From Erysipelotrichaceae bacterium (GTDB lineage: Bacteria; Bacillota_I; Bacilli_A; Erysipelotrichales; Erysipelotrichaceae), in the NCBI GenBank assembly GCA_963663995.1, contig OY760660.1:1560001-1592000 (forward strand): a DNA stretch of 32,000 nt, given 5' to 3'. How positions within the stretch are numbered: the stretch's first letter is position 1; each line of letters starts with the position of its first letter. Position numbers and translations under genes: made by a program. Below, piece after piece: positions 17,929 to 25,623 of the stretch. The notes under the pieces were generated by a model. The model worked only from the letters and a program-made list of their open reading frames with translations, was not told the DNA's origin and made no database searches.

Positions 17929-17996
17929 AGGTAAGTTAAATTTGATATTATTCACTCGAAATTACCTTAAAAGGGGTAAAAGAAAAGGAGAATAAT

Positions 17997-19271
17997 ATGG
18001 ACGGAATTACCCGCATATTAGAAGAGAAGTTTTTACCGATTGCTGTAAAAATGCAATCAAACCGCTATCTCATGTCATTGCGTAATGGTTTAGTTACATC
18101 ATTACCACTTATGATCGTTGGATCATTTGTCATTGTTATCGCGGAATTACCAGTAGACCCTTATCAAAACATGATGTTATCTGTTTTTGGTGAGAACTGG
18201 AAATGGTTTAACTGGGGCGTTATCTATGCTTCAACAATGGGTATGGTTGGCGTAATTGCTTCAATCGGTGTTGCTTATGCATTGACTGAACAATATAAAA
18301 AACCAGCATTACCTGCAGGAATTATTTCTTTAGCTGGATTCTTTATTTTATTACACCAACAAGAAGCTGGTGGCTACGCTACAACATTCTTTGGTGCAAG
18401 AGGTTTATTTGCAGGGATGGTTGTTGCATTAATTACAGCCGAAATTTATAATTTTGTTTTAGAAAAAGGCTGGACAATCAAATTACCTGAACAAGTTCCA
18501 CCTGCGATTTCCAATCAATTCATGGCGTTAACACCTGCTGCTCTCGCTATCGTATTCTGGACAGTTGTTCGTTTTGGTTTTGCTCATACAAGCTATATCA
18601 CATTCTCAGATTTTATCTTACAAGTCTTACAAGTACCACTTACTGCTTTAGGAACAGGCTTAGTAGGTACAATGTTTGCGGTTTTCTTTGATTCAGCTTT
18701 CTGGTTTGTTGGTATTCACGGATCCTCAATCGTTGGTTCAGTTTTCCAACCAATTTGGCAAGCAGCTACTTTATCAAACTTAGCAGCTTCTCAAGCTGGT
18801 GAAACCATTCCATATATTGTTACATATGAATTTATGCGTAACTTAATTTACATTGGTGGTTCTGCATCAACATTATCATTAGCCTTCATCATGGCCTTCT
18901 TAATGAAATCAGAACAAATCAAAACAATTGGACGTCTATCAATCGCACCAGGGCTATTTAATATCAATGAAACAGTCACATTCGGTTTACCTATTATCAT
19001 GAACCCAATGATGTTGATTCCTTTTATCTTGGCTCCAATTACATTAACACTTATTTCTTATGGAGCTATTGCATCAGGTATTGTTGGTCATTTGCCAGGT
19101 TTAGCTGCTCCATGGACTATGCCAGTTATTTTATCAGGTTTCTATATTGGTAACGGTGATGTACGTTTCGTACTTCTACAAATCGTTAACTTTGTTGTCT
19201 CAGGTTTAATCTACTTCCCATTTGTAGCTGCGTTTGACAAAAAGAAATATCAAGAAGAACAAGGCGCTTAA
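17997..19271 (+). CDS. PTS EIIC permease, lactose/cellobiose (type 3) family; no EIIA/EIIB nearby
   Basis: 424 aa polytopic protein. N-terminus LEEKFLPIAVKMQSNRYLMSLRNGLV...LPLMIVGSF is typical of cellobiose/chitobiose-type EIIC. RBS AAGGAG at 17985-17990. Confidence 0.85.
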   Translation: MDGITRILEEKFLPIAVKMQSNRYLMSLRNGLVTSLPLMIVGSFVIVIAELPVDPYQNMMLSVFGENWKWFNWGVIYASTMGMVGVIASIGVAYALTEQYKKPALPAGIISLAGFFILLHQQEAGGYATTFFGARGLFAGMVVALITAEIYNFVLEKGWTIKLPEQVPPAISNQFMALTPAALAIVFWTVVRFGFAHTSYITFSDFILQVLQVPLTALGTGLVGTMFAVFFDSAFWFVGIHGSSIVGSVFQPIWQAATLSNLAASQAGETIPYIVTYEFMRNLIYIGGSASTLSLAFIMAFLMKSEQIKTIGRLSIAPGLFNINETVTFGLPIIMNPMMLIPFILAPITLTLISYGAIASGIVGHLPGLAAPWTMPVILSGFYIGNGDVRFVLLQIVNFVVSGLIYFPFVAAFDKKKYQEEQGA

Positions 19272-19287
19272 TACAACTGAATATCTT

Positions 19288-19320
19288 AGAAAGAGCTATT
19301 ATTTAGCTCTTTCTACTTTT
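19288..19320 (+). terminator. Intra-operon hairpin (partial terminator or mRNA stabiliser) between EIIC and the first oxidoreductase
   Basis: AGAAAGAGCT-ATTATTT-AGCTCTTTCT is a perfect 10-bp stem, followed by ACTTTT (weak U-run). The next gene starts at 19341 with its own AAGGAG. Confidence 0.45.
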
Positions 19321-19340
19321 AAATTAATAAGGAGAACACT

Positions 19341-20357
19341 ATGTTGAATATTGGAATTGTTGGTGCTGGCATGATTGTTAGTGACCTTTTAAGATTTATA
19401 AATGAAGTAGAAGGATTAAAAATTGAAGCATTCTGCGGGATGCCAAGTGATGAAGAACGTTTAAAACAATTTGCAGTTGAAAATAAGGTTGAGAAAATCT
19501 ATTTAGATCTCAATGAAATGTTGAAAGATGAAAAAATTGATATCGTTTATTTAGGAGTGCCTAATCATCTACATTACCCTCTCGCAAAATCATCACTACT
19601 CGCAAATAAACATGTCATCTGTGAGAAACCATTTACTTCTAACCATAGAGAAGCAATTGATTTAGCTGATCTATCTAAGAAACAAGGGAGGATGATTCTT
19701 GAAGGTGTATCTACTCGTTTCTTACCAAACTTTTTAAAAATTAAAGAATTATTACCTAGCTTAGGTGATATTAAAATTGTCACTACCAACTACTCTCAAT
19801 ATTCATCTCGTTATGACAAATTTAAACAAGGTGAAGTTGCACCTGCATTTAATCCTAGAATGTCTGGTGGAGCTTTACTTGATATAAATATTTATAACTT
19901 GAATTTTGTTGCTGCATTATTTGGAGAACCAAAGGATATTCAATACCTCGCGAATGTTGAAAAAGGGATAGATACCTCAGGTATTTTAATTCTTGATTAT
20001 GGAACATTCAAATGTGTTTGTACTGGTGCAAAGGACTGTAAAGCTCCACTCATGAATACGATTCAAGGTGATAAAGCCGCAATTGTCGTTGAGTCATCAC
20101 TAAATGTCATGGCTGATTTTAAATACTTCAAAAATGACGGTAAACGCGGACCTGGTACTTCAGATTATACCTTGCACGATGAAAATAATGGGAAACACAG
20201 AATGTACCATGAATTTGTTGAGTTTGTACGTATCATAAATGAAAATGATATAAAAGCAGCTCAGGAACAATTGGATCTAAGTGTATTGACAATGAAAATT
20301 CAAACCATCGCTCGTGAAAAAGCAGGTGTCGTTTTTGCGTCAGACGAAGTAAAATAA
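19341..20357 (+). CDS. Gfo/Idh/MocA family NAD(P)-dependent oxidoreductase (1 of 2)
   Basis: 338 aa. N-terminal Rossmann IGIVGAGMI, the EKP motif (VICEKPF), and a C-terminal alpha/beta domain of typical length. Confidence 0.8.
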   Translation: MLNIGIVGAGMIVSDLLRFINEVEGLKIEAFCGMPSDEERLKQFAVENKVEKIYLDLNEMLKDEKIDIVYLGVPNHLHYPLAKSSLLANKHVICEKPFTSNHREAIDLADLSKKQGRMILEGVSTRFLPNFLKIKELLPSLGDIKIVTTNYSQYSSRYDKFKQGEVAPAFNPRMSGGALLDINIYNLNFVAALFGEPKDIQYLANVEKGIDTSGILILDYGTFKCVCTGAKDCKAPLMNTIQGDKAAIVVESSLNVMADFKYFKNDGKRGPGTSDYTLHDENNGKHRMYHEFVEFVRIINENDIKAAQEQLDLSVLTMKIQTIAREKAGVVFASDEVK

Positions 20358-20361
20358 GATT

Positions 20362-20784
20362 ATGAGTTCAGAAAATATACCAAATTTTAAAAGTGTTTCT
20401 CATCAAAATTGTTTTGAAATGGGAACATTAGCTCTTCAAATTGTTAAAGAAAGACAACTTAGAAGAATCGGAGTTAGAATTAGTTTAGAGAATAAACTTG
20501 TTTTTCAATATCTAATGGATGGGAAAAATGAAGATATTTACCTTAAGGGTAAAGAGAAAGTTGTAAAAACAACTGAACACAGTTCAGATTATGTTTTTAA
20601 TCATAAAGATGATTATTCAGAACTATTAGATGATGAGACTTATTGTGTCAGTGGTGGATCTGTACCAATTATGATAAATGGTGAATGTAAAGGTTCAATA
20701 AGTATCTCTGGTATGACGCAAGAAGCTGACCATGCTTTAAGTGTTGAAGTATTGAATACAATATTTAAAAAAATTGAAGGGTAG
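20362..20784 (+). CDS. DUF336 / UPF0303-like (GlcG/HbpS-like, 'haem-degrading' fold) protein
   Basis: 140 aa. The C-terminal pattern SGGSVPIMINGECKGSISISGMTQEADHAL matches the GG.PI....G.IG.SG....DH signature I associate with this family. Starts 4 nt after the upstream stop. Confidence 0.55.
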   Translation: MSSENIPNFKSVSHQNCFEMGTLALQIVKERQLRRIGVRISLENKLVFQYLMDGKNEDIYLKGKEKVVKTTEHSSDYVFNHKDDYSELLDDETYCVSGGSVPIMINGECKGSISISGMTQEADHALSVEVLNTIFKKIEG

Positions 20785-20790
20785 ACTGTA

Positions 20791-21816
20791 ATGAAAAAAA
20801 TCATTTTAGGAATCATCGGGAACGGAAAAAGTGCTAATCGCTATCACTTACCATTTATTCTACAAAGAAATGAAAAGTTTCTTGTAAAAAGTATTTTCCA
20901 AAGAACAGTTAAGCATGATGAATGGAAAAAGATTGATGATATTAATTACACCGATAATTTAGACGATTTACTCAATGACCCTGAAATTGATTGTATTGTA
21001 ATATCTACACCATCTAATGTTCATTACTCAATGGCAAAAAAAGTACTAGAAGCAAACAAACATTGTGTTGTAGAAAAACCATTTACTGAAACGCTTCAAG
21101 AAGCAAAAGCATTATTTGATTTAGCTAAAGCTAAAGGTCTAATGGTTCAGTGTTATCAAAATAGACGGTTTGACTCAGATTTGGTTACAGCTCAATCTAT
21201 TATGAAATCTGGCATTCTTGGTGATTTGTTAGAACTAGAATTATCATTTGATTATGAAAGACCTGAAGTAACCGAATCTGTCCATCATTTTAGTAAAATA
21301 CATTCTTTCTATTATGGTCATGCATGTCATTCAATTGATCAAGTTATCCATGTATTTGGAAAACCAAATCGTGTTGTTTACGATGTTAGACAACTATTAG
21401 GTGAAGGACGCATGAATGATTATTTTGACTTAGATTTGTTTTATGACAAAATAAAAGTATCTATAAAATCTTCATTCTTTAGAGTGCACAAACGACCTAG
21501 TTTAGTATTAGTGGGGAAAAAAGGGTCTTATGTTAAAGTCACTAAAGACAAGCAAGAAGATCAACTAAAACAATTCTTGTGGCCAGATTGGCCAAACTTT
21601 GGCTTAGATGATAGGGATGAATATGGAACTTTATACTATATTGATTCAAATAAGAGCTATCACGAAGAAAAAGTTGAAACTTTAAAAGGTGATTATGGAA
21701 AATACTATGATTATCTTTATGATACATTGGCAAATGGTGCTGAAAAACTTGTAAAAGATGAGCATACTATTTGGCAACTTCAAATGTTAGAAGAAGGTAT
21801 TGCTGGCTTAAAATAA
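20791..21816 (+). CDS. Gfo/Idh/MocA family NAD(P)-dependent oxidoreductase (2 of 2; YhhX/YdgJ-like)
   Basis: 341 aa. GIIGNGKSANRYHLPFI N-terminus, CVVEKPF motif. Confidence 0.8.
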   Translation: MKKIILGIIGNGKSANRYHLPFILQRNEKFLVKSIFQRTVKHDEWKKIDDINYTDNLDDLLNDPEIDCIVISTPSNVHYSMAKKVLEANKHCVVEKPFTETLQEAKALFDLAKAKGLMVQCYQNRRFDSDLVTAQSIMKSGILGDLLELELSFDYERPEVTESVHHFSKIHSFYYGHACHSIDQVIHVFGKPNRVVYDVRQLLGEGRMNDYFDLDLFYDKIKVSIKSSFFRVHKRPSLVLVGKKGSYVKVTKDKQEDQLKQFLWPDWPNFGLDDRDEYGTLYYIDSNKSYHEEKVETLKGDYGKYYDYLYDTLANGAEKLVKDEHTIWQLQMLEEGIAGLK

Positions 21817-21828
21817 GGAGTCATACTT

Positions 21829-22599
21829 ATGATTATTGATAGACTGCAAAAAGAAAGATATTTTACTGGGCGTGACACGTCAATCTCTCGCTATATCTTA
21901 GCGAATAAAGAAGAGGTTCTTTCTTTAAGTGCGCATGAACTTGCACAAAAAGCTTATGTTAGTCCTTCATCGGTCATACGATTTGCACAAAAATTAGGTT
22001 ATAAAGGTTATATAGATTTTCAGCGTGAATACAATTATGAATATGGTTTGCGCATTCAAAAGGATCAAAAGATAACTGAAGTTCAAAAAGATGAATCTTG
22101 TGCGGATACTTTAGAAAATATCTATAAAAATTCGATAACAATTACACGGGATTTACTTGATGAAGAAAAACTAAGAAAAGTTGTTCGGTGGATTAGTCAG
22201 TATAAAAAGATCGACTTTTATGCAAGTAATCAAAACTTCTTAATTTGCCAAGAATATTGTTTTAAACTAATGGCATTAAATATTAAAGCTCAAGCATTTA
22301 ATGATATTCATCAAGACTATCTTAATGATATTTCTAGGCGTGATACATTGTGTGTTTTAATAAGTCATACAGGTAAAAATCCAACGATTTTAAATTTAGC
22401 AAAAACATTGAAGAACGAAAACTTTAAGACAATAGCGATTACCAATAATATTGATAATTCGTTAGAAGTCTTATGTGACATAAGTTTATATACTTATTCA
22501 TCTTCGGGAATCACAAATCGAATTGAAAAACTGATTTCATTACAATTTATTCTAGATGTCTTATATTTATCAATCATTCGCAGCAAAGAGAAACAATAA
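21829..22599 (+). CDS. RpiR/MurR family transcriptional regulator (HTH_6 + SIS phosphosugar-binding domain)
   Basis: 256 aa. N-terminal HTH (LSAHELAQKAYVSPSSVIRFAQKLGYKGY) and a C-terminal SIS-like block (IDFYASNQNF...LISHTGKNP...IAITNN). Confidence 0.85.
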   Translation: MIIDRLQKERYFTGRDTSISRYILANKEEVLSLSAHELAQKAYVSPSSVIRFAQKLGYKGYIDFQREYNYEYGLRIQKDQKITEVQKDESCADTLENIYKNSITITRDLLDEEKLRKVVRWISQYKKIDFYASNQNFLICQEYCFKLMALNIKAQAFNDIHQDYLNDISRRDTLCVLISHTGKNPTILNLAKTLKNENFKTIAITNNIDNSLEVLCDISLYTYSSSGITNRIEKLISLQFILDVLYLSIIRSKEKQ

Positions 22600-22619
22600 A
22601 AAAAGGCGTGAGCCTTTTT
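22598..22619. terminator. Bidirectional terminator between the RpiR gene and the DUF4870 gene
   Basis: AAAAAAAGGC-GTGA-GCCTTTTT. Short GC core extended by A/T pairs, with runs on both sides. Confidence 0.55.
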
Positions 22620-23014
22620 CAGTTTATATCGATATGTAAAGTTCTTTGAAGCCAATTGAAGATACCTTGAACAAATGGGACTTCATAACTTTCATAATTC
22701 CATCCGCGCATTGCGGCAATGATGGAAAAGATAAATAGAATAATATTTAATACCGGAATAAAGATAATTCCGATGACTGTCACAACAAGTATAAAGTTTG
22801 CTAAAGCCGTAAATATCATTAATGAAGTTGCTTGTAGAGCATGATATCTAACGAGTGAACTTTCTTTTTCCATATACATAATAATGATAGGTACAAGTGG
22901 ACTTAGAACACCTAAATCCATCCATGAAAGTAGGGTACCACCAAACCAAACTAAGACGACTAATAAGTTAGCATCCATTCCAAGGGATGAGCGATGAGGT
23001 TCATATTTTCTCAT
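22619..23014 (-). CDS. Small polytopic membrane protein, DUF4870-like
   Basis: 131 aa with about 4 TM segments. EKESSLVRYHALQA resembles the conserved DUF4870 loop. RBS GGAGA upstream of ATG 23014. Confidence 0.6.
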   Translation of the reverse strand: MRKYEPHRSSLGMDANLLVVLVWFGGTLLSWMDLGVLSPLVPIIIMYMEKESSLVRYHALQATSLMIFTALANFILVVTVIGIIFIPVLNIILFIFSIIAAMRGWNYESYEVPFVQGIFNWLQRTLHIDIN

Positions 23015-23045
23015 AATAGATTCTCCTTTAATTCAATTATAAACT

Positions 23046-24941
23046 TTACCAGCTGCTTCCGCCACCGCCACCAAAGCCACCGCCAGAGAAGCCGCCACCG
23101 CCACTAGAAAAGCCACCGCCTCCACGACCTGCTGATTGTGGAACTGAGGTCATAGCTCGACTCATTGAGCCTAATGTACGATTTAGGTGTGTCACAAAGA
23201 TGTAAGTGTTGAGCGGATGTGGACCACTATACCAATCGGGTTGTTCAACCACAATTGTTTCAAACTTCTTAGACCACACATCACTAATGTTTAAAACATA
23301 AGCATAAGGTAATATACGATAGAAGTAACTTGGATCATCATGAATCAACATTTCAAGTTTATCTTTTTCAGCTGCTTCAATAAAGTTCTTCAAGCCTAAG
23401 ATATGACCTAAGTACTTCGTTCCAAGTTCAGTACGTTTATCCATTACTGTTGTAAAGCCAATGTTGATGGCTATAAAGACAAACATGACTAATATCTTCC
23501 AGAAAGCTAATCCTGCAAAAGATAAAGCAACGAAAGCAATAATGACAAAGATAAGTGTAAAAGCTATTAGAAAGATAGTTGTAAATGTTCTTTGCCACTT
23601 ACGAAGTGATGGCCAGAACTTAACACTAACAATCCAAGCAATCATTAAACCAACAGGTAATAGTAATGAGATAGCCCCGACAACAATAGCGGTTGCTGGT
23701 TCATAAGTATTTAAGTAGATTTGTGCTGCAACTAATAAACCAACTGGAATCATACTAAAGATAGCAAGAATAATTTTTAGAACAGTTGCCATTGGATCAA
23801 AGATACGTCTACTCTTATTACCATAAAAATGGCGTTGAATATCTTGTTTTGCAAACTCAACAGATTTGTAGAAAGTATTCTTTAAATCTTCACTTGTCAC
23901 AAGTTCACGATTATTAAAGAGCTTATTGAATAAAGTGATTTCAGCTCTAATCTCAGTTTCATCAATATCCTTAATCTTAGTTAAAGTAAAATCTTTACCA
24001 TGGCTATCTTCTTCGGTAATGGTTAAATAACCTTTATACGCCCATTCGATGATTAAAGATACAACATCTCTTGTATCGACTATACCTTCATATATATAGC
24101 CAACTTGAGCTGAAGATAAACCATCAATAGGATAAAACTCAACGACTTCTACCGCTTTTTCATCTTTACCAAATCTGAAGAATAAGAGGATGGTTAGAGC
24201 ACTGATTAAAGAGAAAATTGCTAGTGCTGCAATTGTGTAGTCAGTAGCAGGAATAAACGTAAAAAATTCATTATCAAGTGGGGCATAGATCGTCAAGGCT
24301 GAATAGTTATACAAAGGTTCATTCAATGTTCCGCTAAGCGTGTTGCCATTAATTGAATAGCTCACATTTGCTTCATTACTTGATCCATAGCCACCACTAT
24401 AGAATCGAATATCACTTGGCCATTCTTTTGGTAGAGTAATGGAGAACTTAACTTTGTCCATATTCATAGCCCAACCATCACCTACAAGGTTATAGTAGAG
24501 TGCTTGTAAACCATCTAAGTCTAAATCACGCATTTGTACATCATAGCTATAATGGTAACTTTTAGCTCCACTCACATAGCGATCAGCATCACCTATTTGA
24601 ATCAAGACATTTTCATATCCATCAGTATCAATGGAGTAGTTATCACCGAATACTTGTACTTTATTTACTGGGAAATAATAGGACTTATCAACTGTTCCAG
24701 AATCTAGGGTCCAAGTCATGTCATAGCGTTGTGGAATATAAGCAATAATTCCGTGACGTTCAACATTAAAATAAGCATCAATGTTTTGATCAATGTGCAT
24801 CAAGCCGTTTTCATCAATGACAATTGAAATGTCAAAAGATGTGATAGACACATCTTCTTGTGCTGATACGGTTGTAAAACTAAGCGCTAATAAACTTAAG
24901 GTCGCAAGACTCCAAGCAATCGCTTTGAGTTTACGGATCAT
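23046..24941 (-). CDS. DUF2207 domain membrane protein with Gly-rich C-terminal tail
   Basis: 631 aa. Signal peptide (..SFTTVSAQE), a large extracytoplasmic N-domain, several TM segments, and the tail GRGGGGFSSGGGGFSGGGFGGGGGSSW. It lies directly downstream of lemA, the recurrent LemA/DUF2207 pairing. Confidence 0.75.
   Translation of the reverse strand: MIRKLKAIAWSLATLSLLALSFTTVSAQEDVSITSFDISIVIDENGLMHIDQNIDAYFNVERHGIIAYIPQRYDMTWTLDSGTVDKSYYFPVNKVQVFGDNYSIDTDGYENVLIQIGDADRYVSGAKSYHYSYDVQMRDLDLDGLQALYYNLVGDGWAMNMDKVKFSITLPKEWPSDIRFYSGGYGSSNEANVSYSINGNTLSGTLNEPLYNYSALTIYAPLDNEFFTFIPATDYTIAALAIFSLISALTILLFFRFGKDEKAVEVVEFYPIDGLSSAQVGYIYEGIVDTRDVVSLIIEWAYKGYLTITEEDSHGKDFTLTKIKDIDETEIRAEITLFNKLFNNRELVTSEDLKNTFYKSVEFAKQDIQRHFYGNKSRRIFDPMATVLKIILAIFSMIPVGLLVAAQIYLNTYEPATAIVVGAISLLLPVGLMIAWIVSVKFWPSLRKWQRTFTTIFLIAFTLIFVIIAFVALSFAGLAFWKILVMFVFIAINIGFTTVMDKRTELGTKYLGHILGLKNFIEAAEKDKLEMLIHDDPSYFYRILPYAYVLNISDVWSKKFETIVVEQPDWYSGPHPLNTYIFVTHLNRTLGSMSRAMTSVPQSAGRGGGGFSSGGGGFSGGGFGGGGGSSW
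23049..23132 (-). repeat. GC-rich low-complexity coding repeat (GCCACCGCC-type units) encoding the poly-Gly/Phe/Ser tail
   Basis: Plus strand: ccagctgcttccgccaccgccaccaaagccaccgccagagaagccgccaccgccactagaaaagccaccgcctccacg. Repeated GCCACCGCC units stand out against the AT-rich background. Confidence 0.6.
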
Positions 24942-24944
24942 AAA

Positions 24945-25502
24945 TTAAAACTCAACTTTAACGTTTTTACGTTGACTTTCTTCTTCAACTTCGAAGAGAG
25001 GTTTACGTGTAAATTTAAATAAATTAGCAATGATGTTACCAGGGAATAATTCAATTGAAGTATTGTATTGGCGAACGATACCATTATAGTATTTACGTGC
25101 GTTTGCGATGTCTTCTTCAACAATTTTTAATTGTCCCATTAACTCTTGGAAATTAGCATTTGCCTTTAAATCAGGATAAGCTTCTGACAAAGCAAATAGA
25201 CGACTAAGCATACCAGAGACTTCACCTTCAGCTTTAATCTTAGCTTCTGGTGTGGTAGCACTAACTGCCATGTTACGTGCTTTAATAACATTTTCTAATG
25301 TTTCTTTTTCATGTTTCGCATAACCTTTTACAGTAGCGACTAAGTTTGGAATTAAATCTGAACGTTTAATTAAATAAACATCCATGGTGGCGAATGCTTC
25401 TTCTACTTTATTTCTAGAAGCAACAAAACCGTTGTAGGCTATTACTAAATAACCTGCAATTATAATTATGATGGCGATTAAGCCGTAACCTAAGTATCCC
25501 AT
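24945..25502 (-). CDS. lemA: LemA family membrane protein
   Basis: 185 aa. One N-terminal TM segment, then YNGFVASRNKVEEAFATMDVYLIKRSDLIPNLVATVKGYAKHEKETL and EDIANARKYYNGIVRQYN, which are typical LemA blocks. RBS GAGGAGG. Confidence 0.88.
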   Translation of the reverse strand: MGYLGYGLIAIIIIIAGYLVIAYNGFVASRNKVEEAFATMDVYLIKRSDLIPNLVATVKGYAKHEKETLENVIKARNMAVSATTPEAKIKAEGEVSGMLSRLFALSEAYPDLKANANFQELMGQLKIVEEDIANARKYYNGIVRQYNTSIELFPGNIIANLFKFTRKPLFEVEEESQRKNVKVEF

Positions 25503-25611
25503 GAATTACCTCCTCATAAGACTTACTAATTAATTATACCCTTATAAAAAGGGATATTTATGATATACAAGTGAAAACTTTTGTTTATCTTAAATAAAAC
25601 AAATTATCGTT

Positions 25612-25617
25612 TATAAT
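25612..25617 (+). promoter_or_regulatory. TATAAT box 6 nt upstream of the ATG of the orphan PhnD-like gene (possible leaderless transcript)
   Basis: TTTATAAT-agtcct-ATG(25624). There is no Shine-Dalgarno between the -10 box and the start codon. Confidence 0.4.
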
Positions 25618-25623
25618 AGTCCT

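Noticed and set aside
17929-17996. RAT/terminator antitermination (LicT/BglG-type) control in the EIIC leader
   Set aside because: The AAGGTAA/TTACCTT stem is not followed by a U-run. There is no sequence resembling the RAT consensus and no PRD-antiterminator gene in the locus. The regulator present is RpiR-type.
24938-25123. 61-aa minus-strand ORF overlapping the 3' end of lemA
   Set aside because: It is out of frame with and nested in the well-supported lemA gene. It has no RBS and low-complexity sequence.
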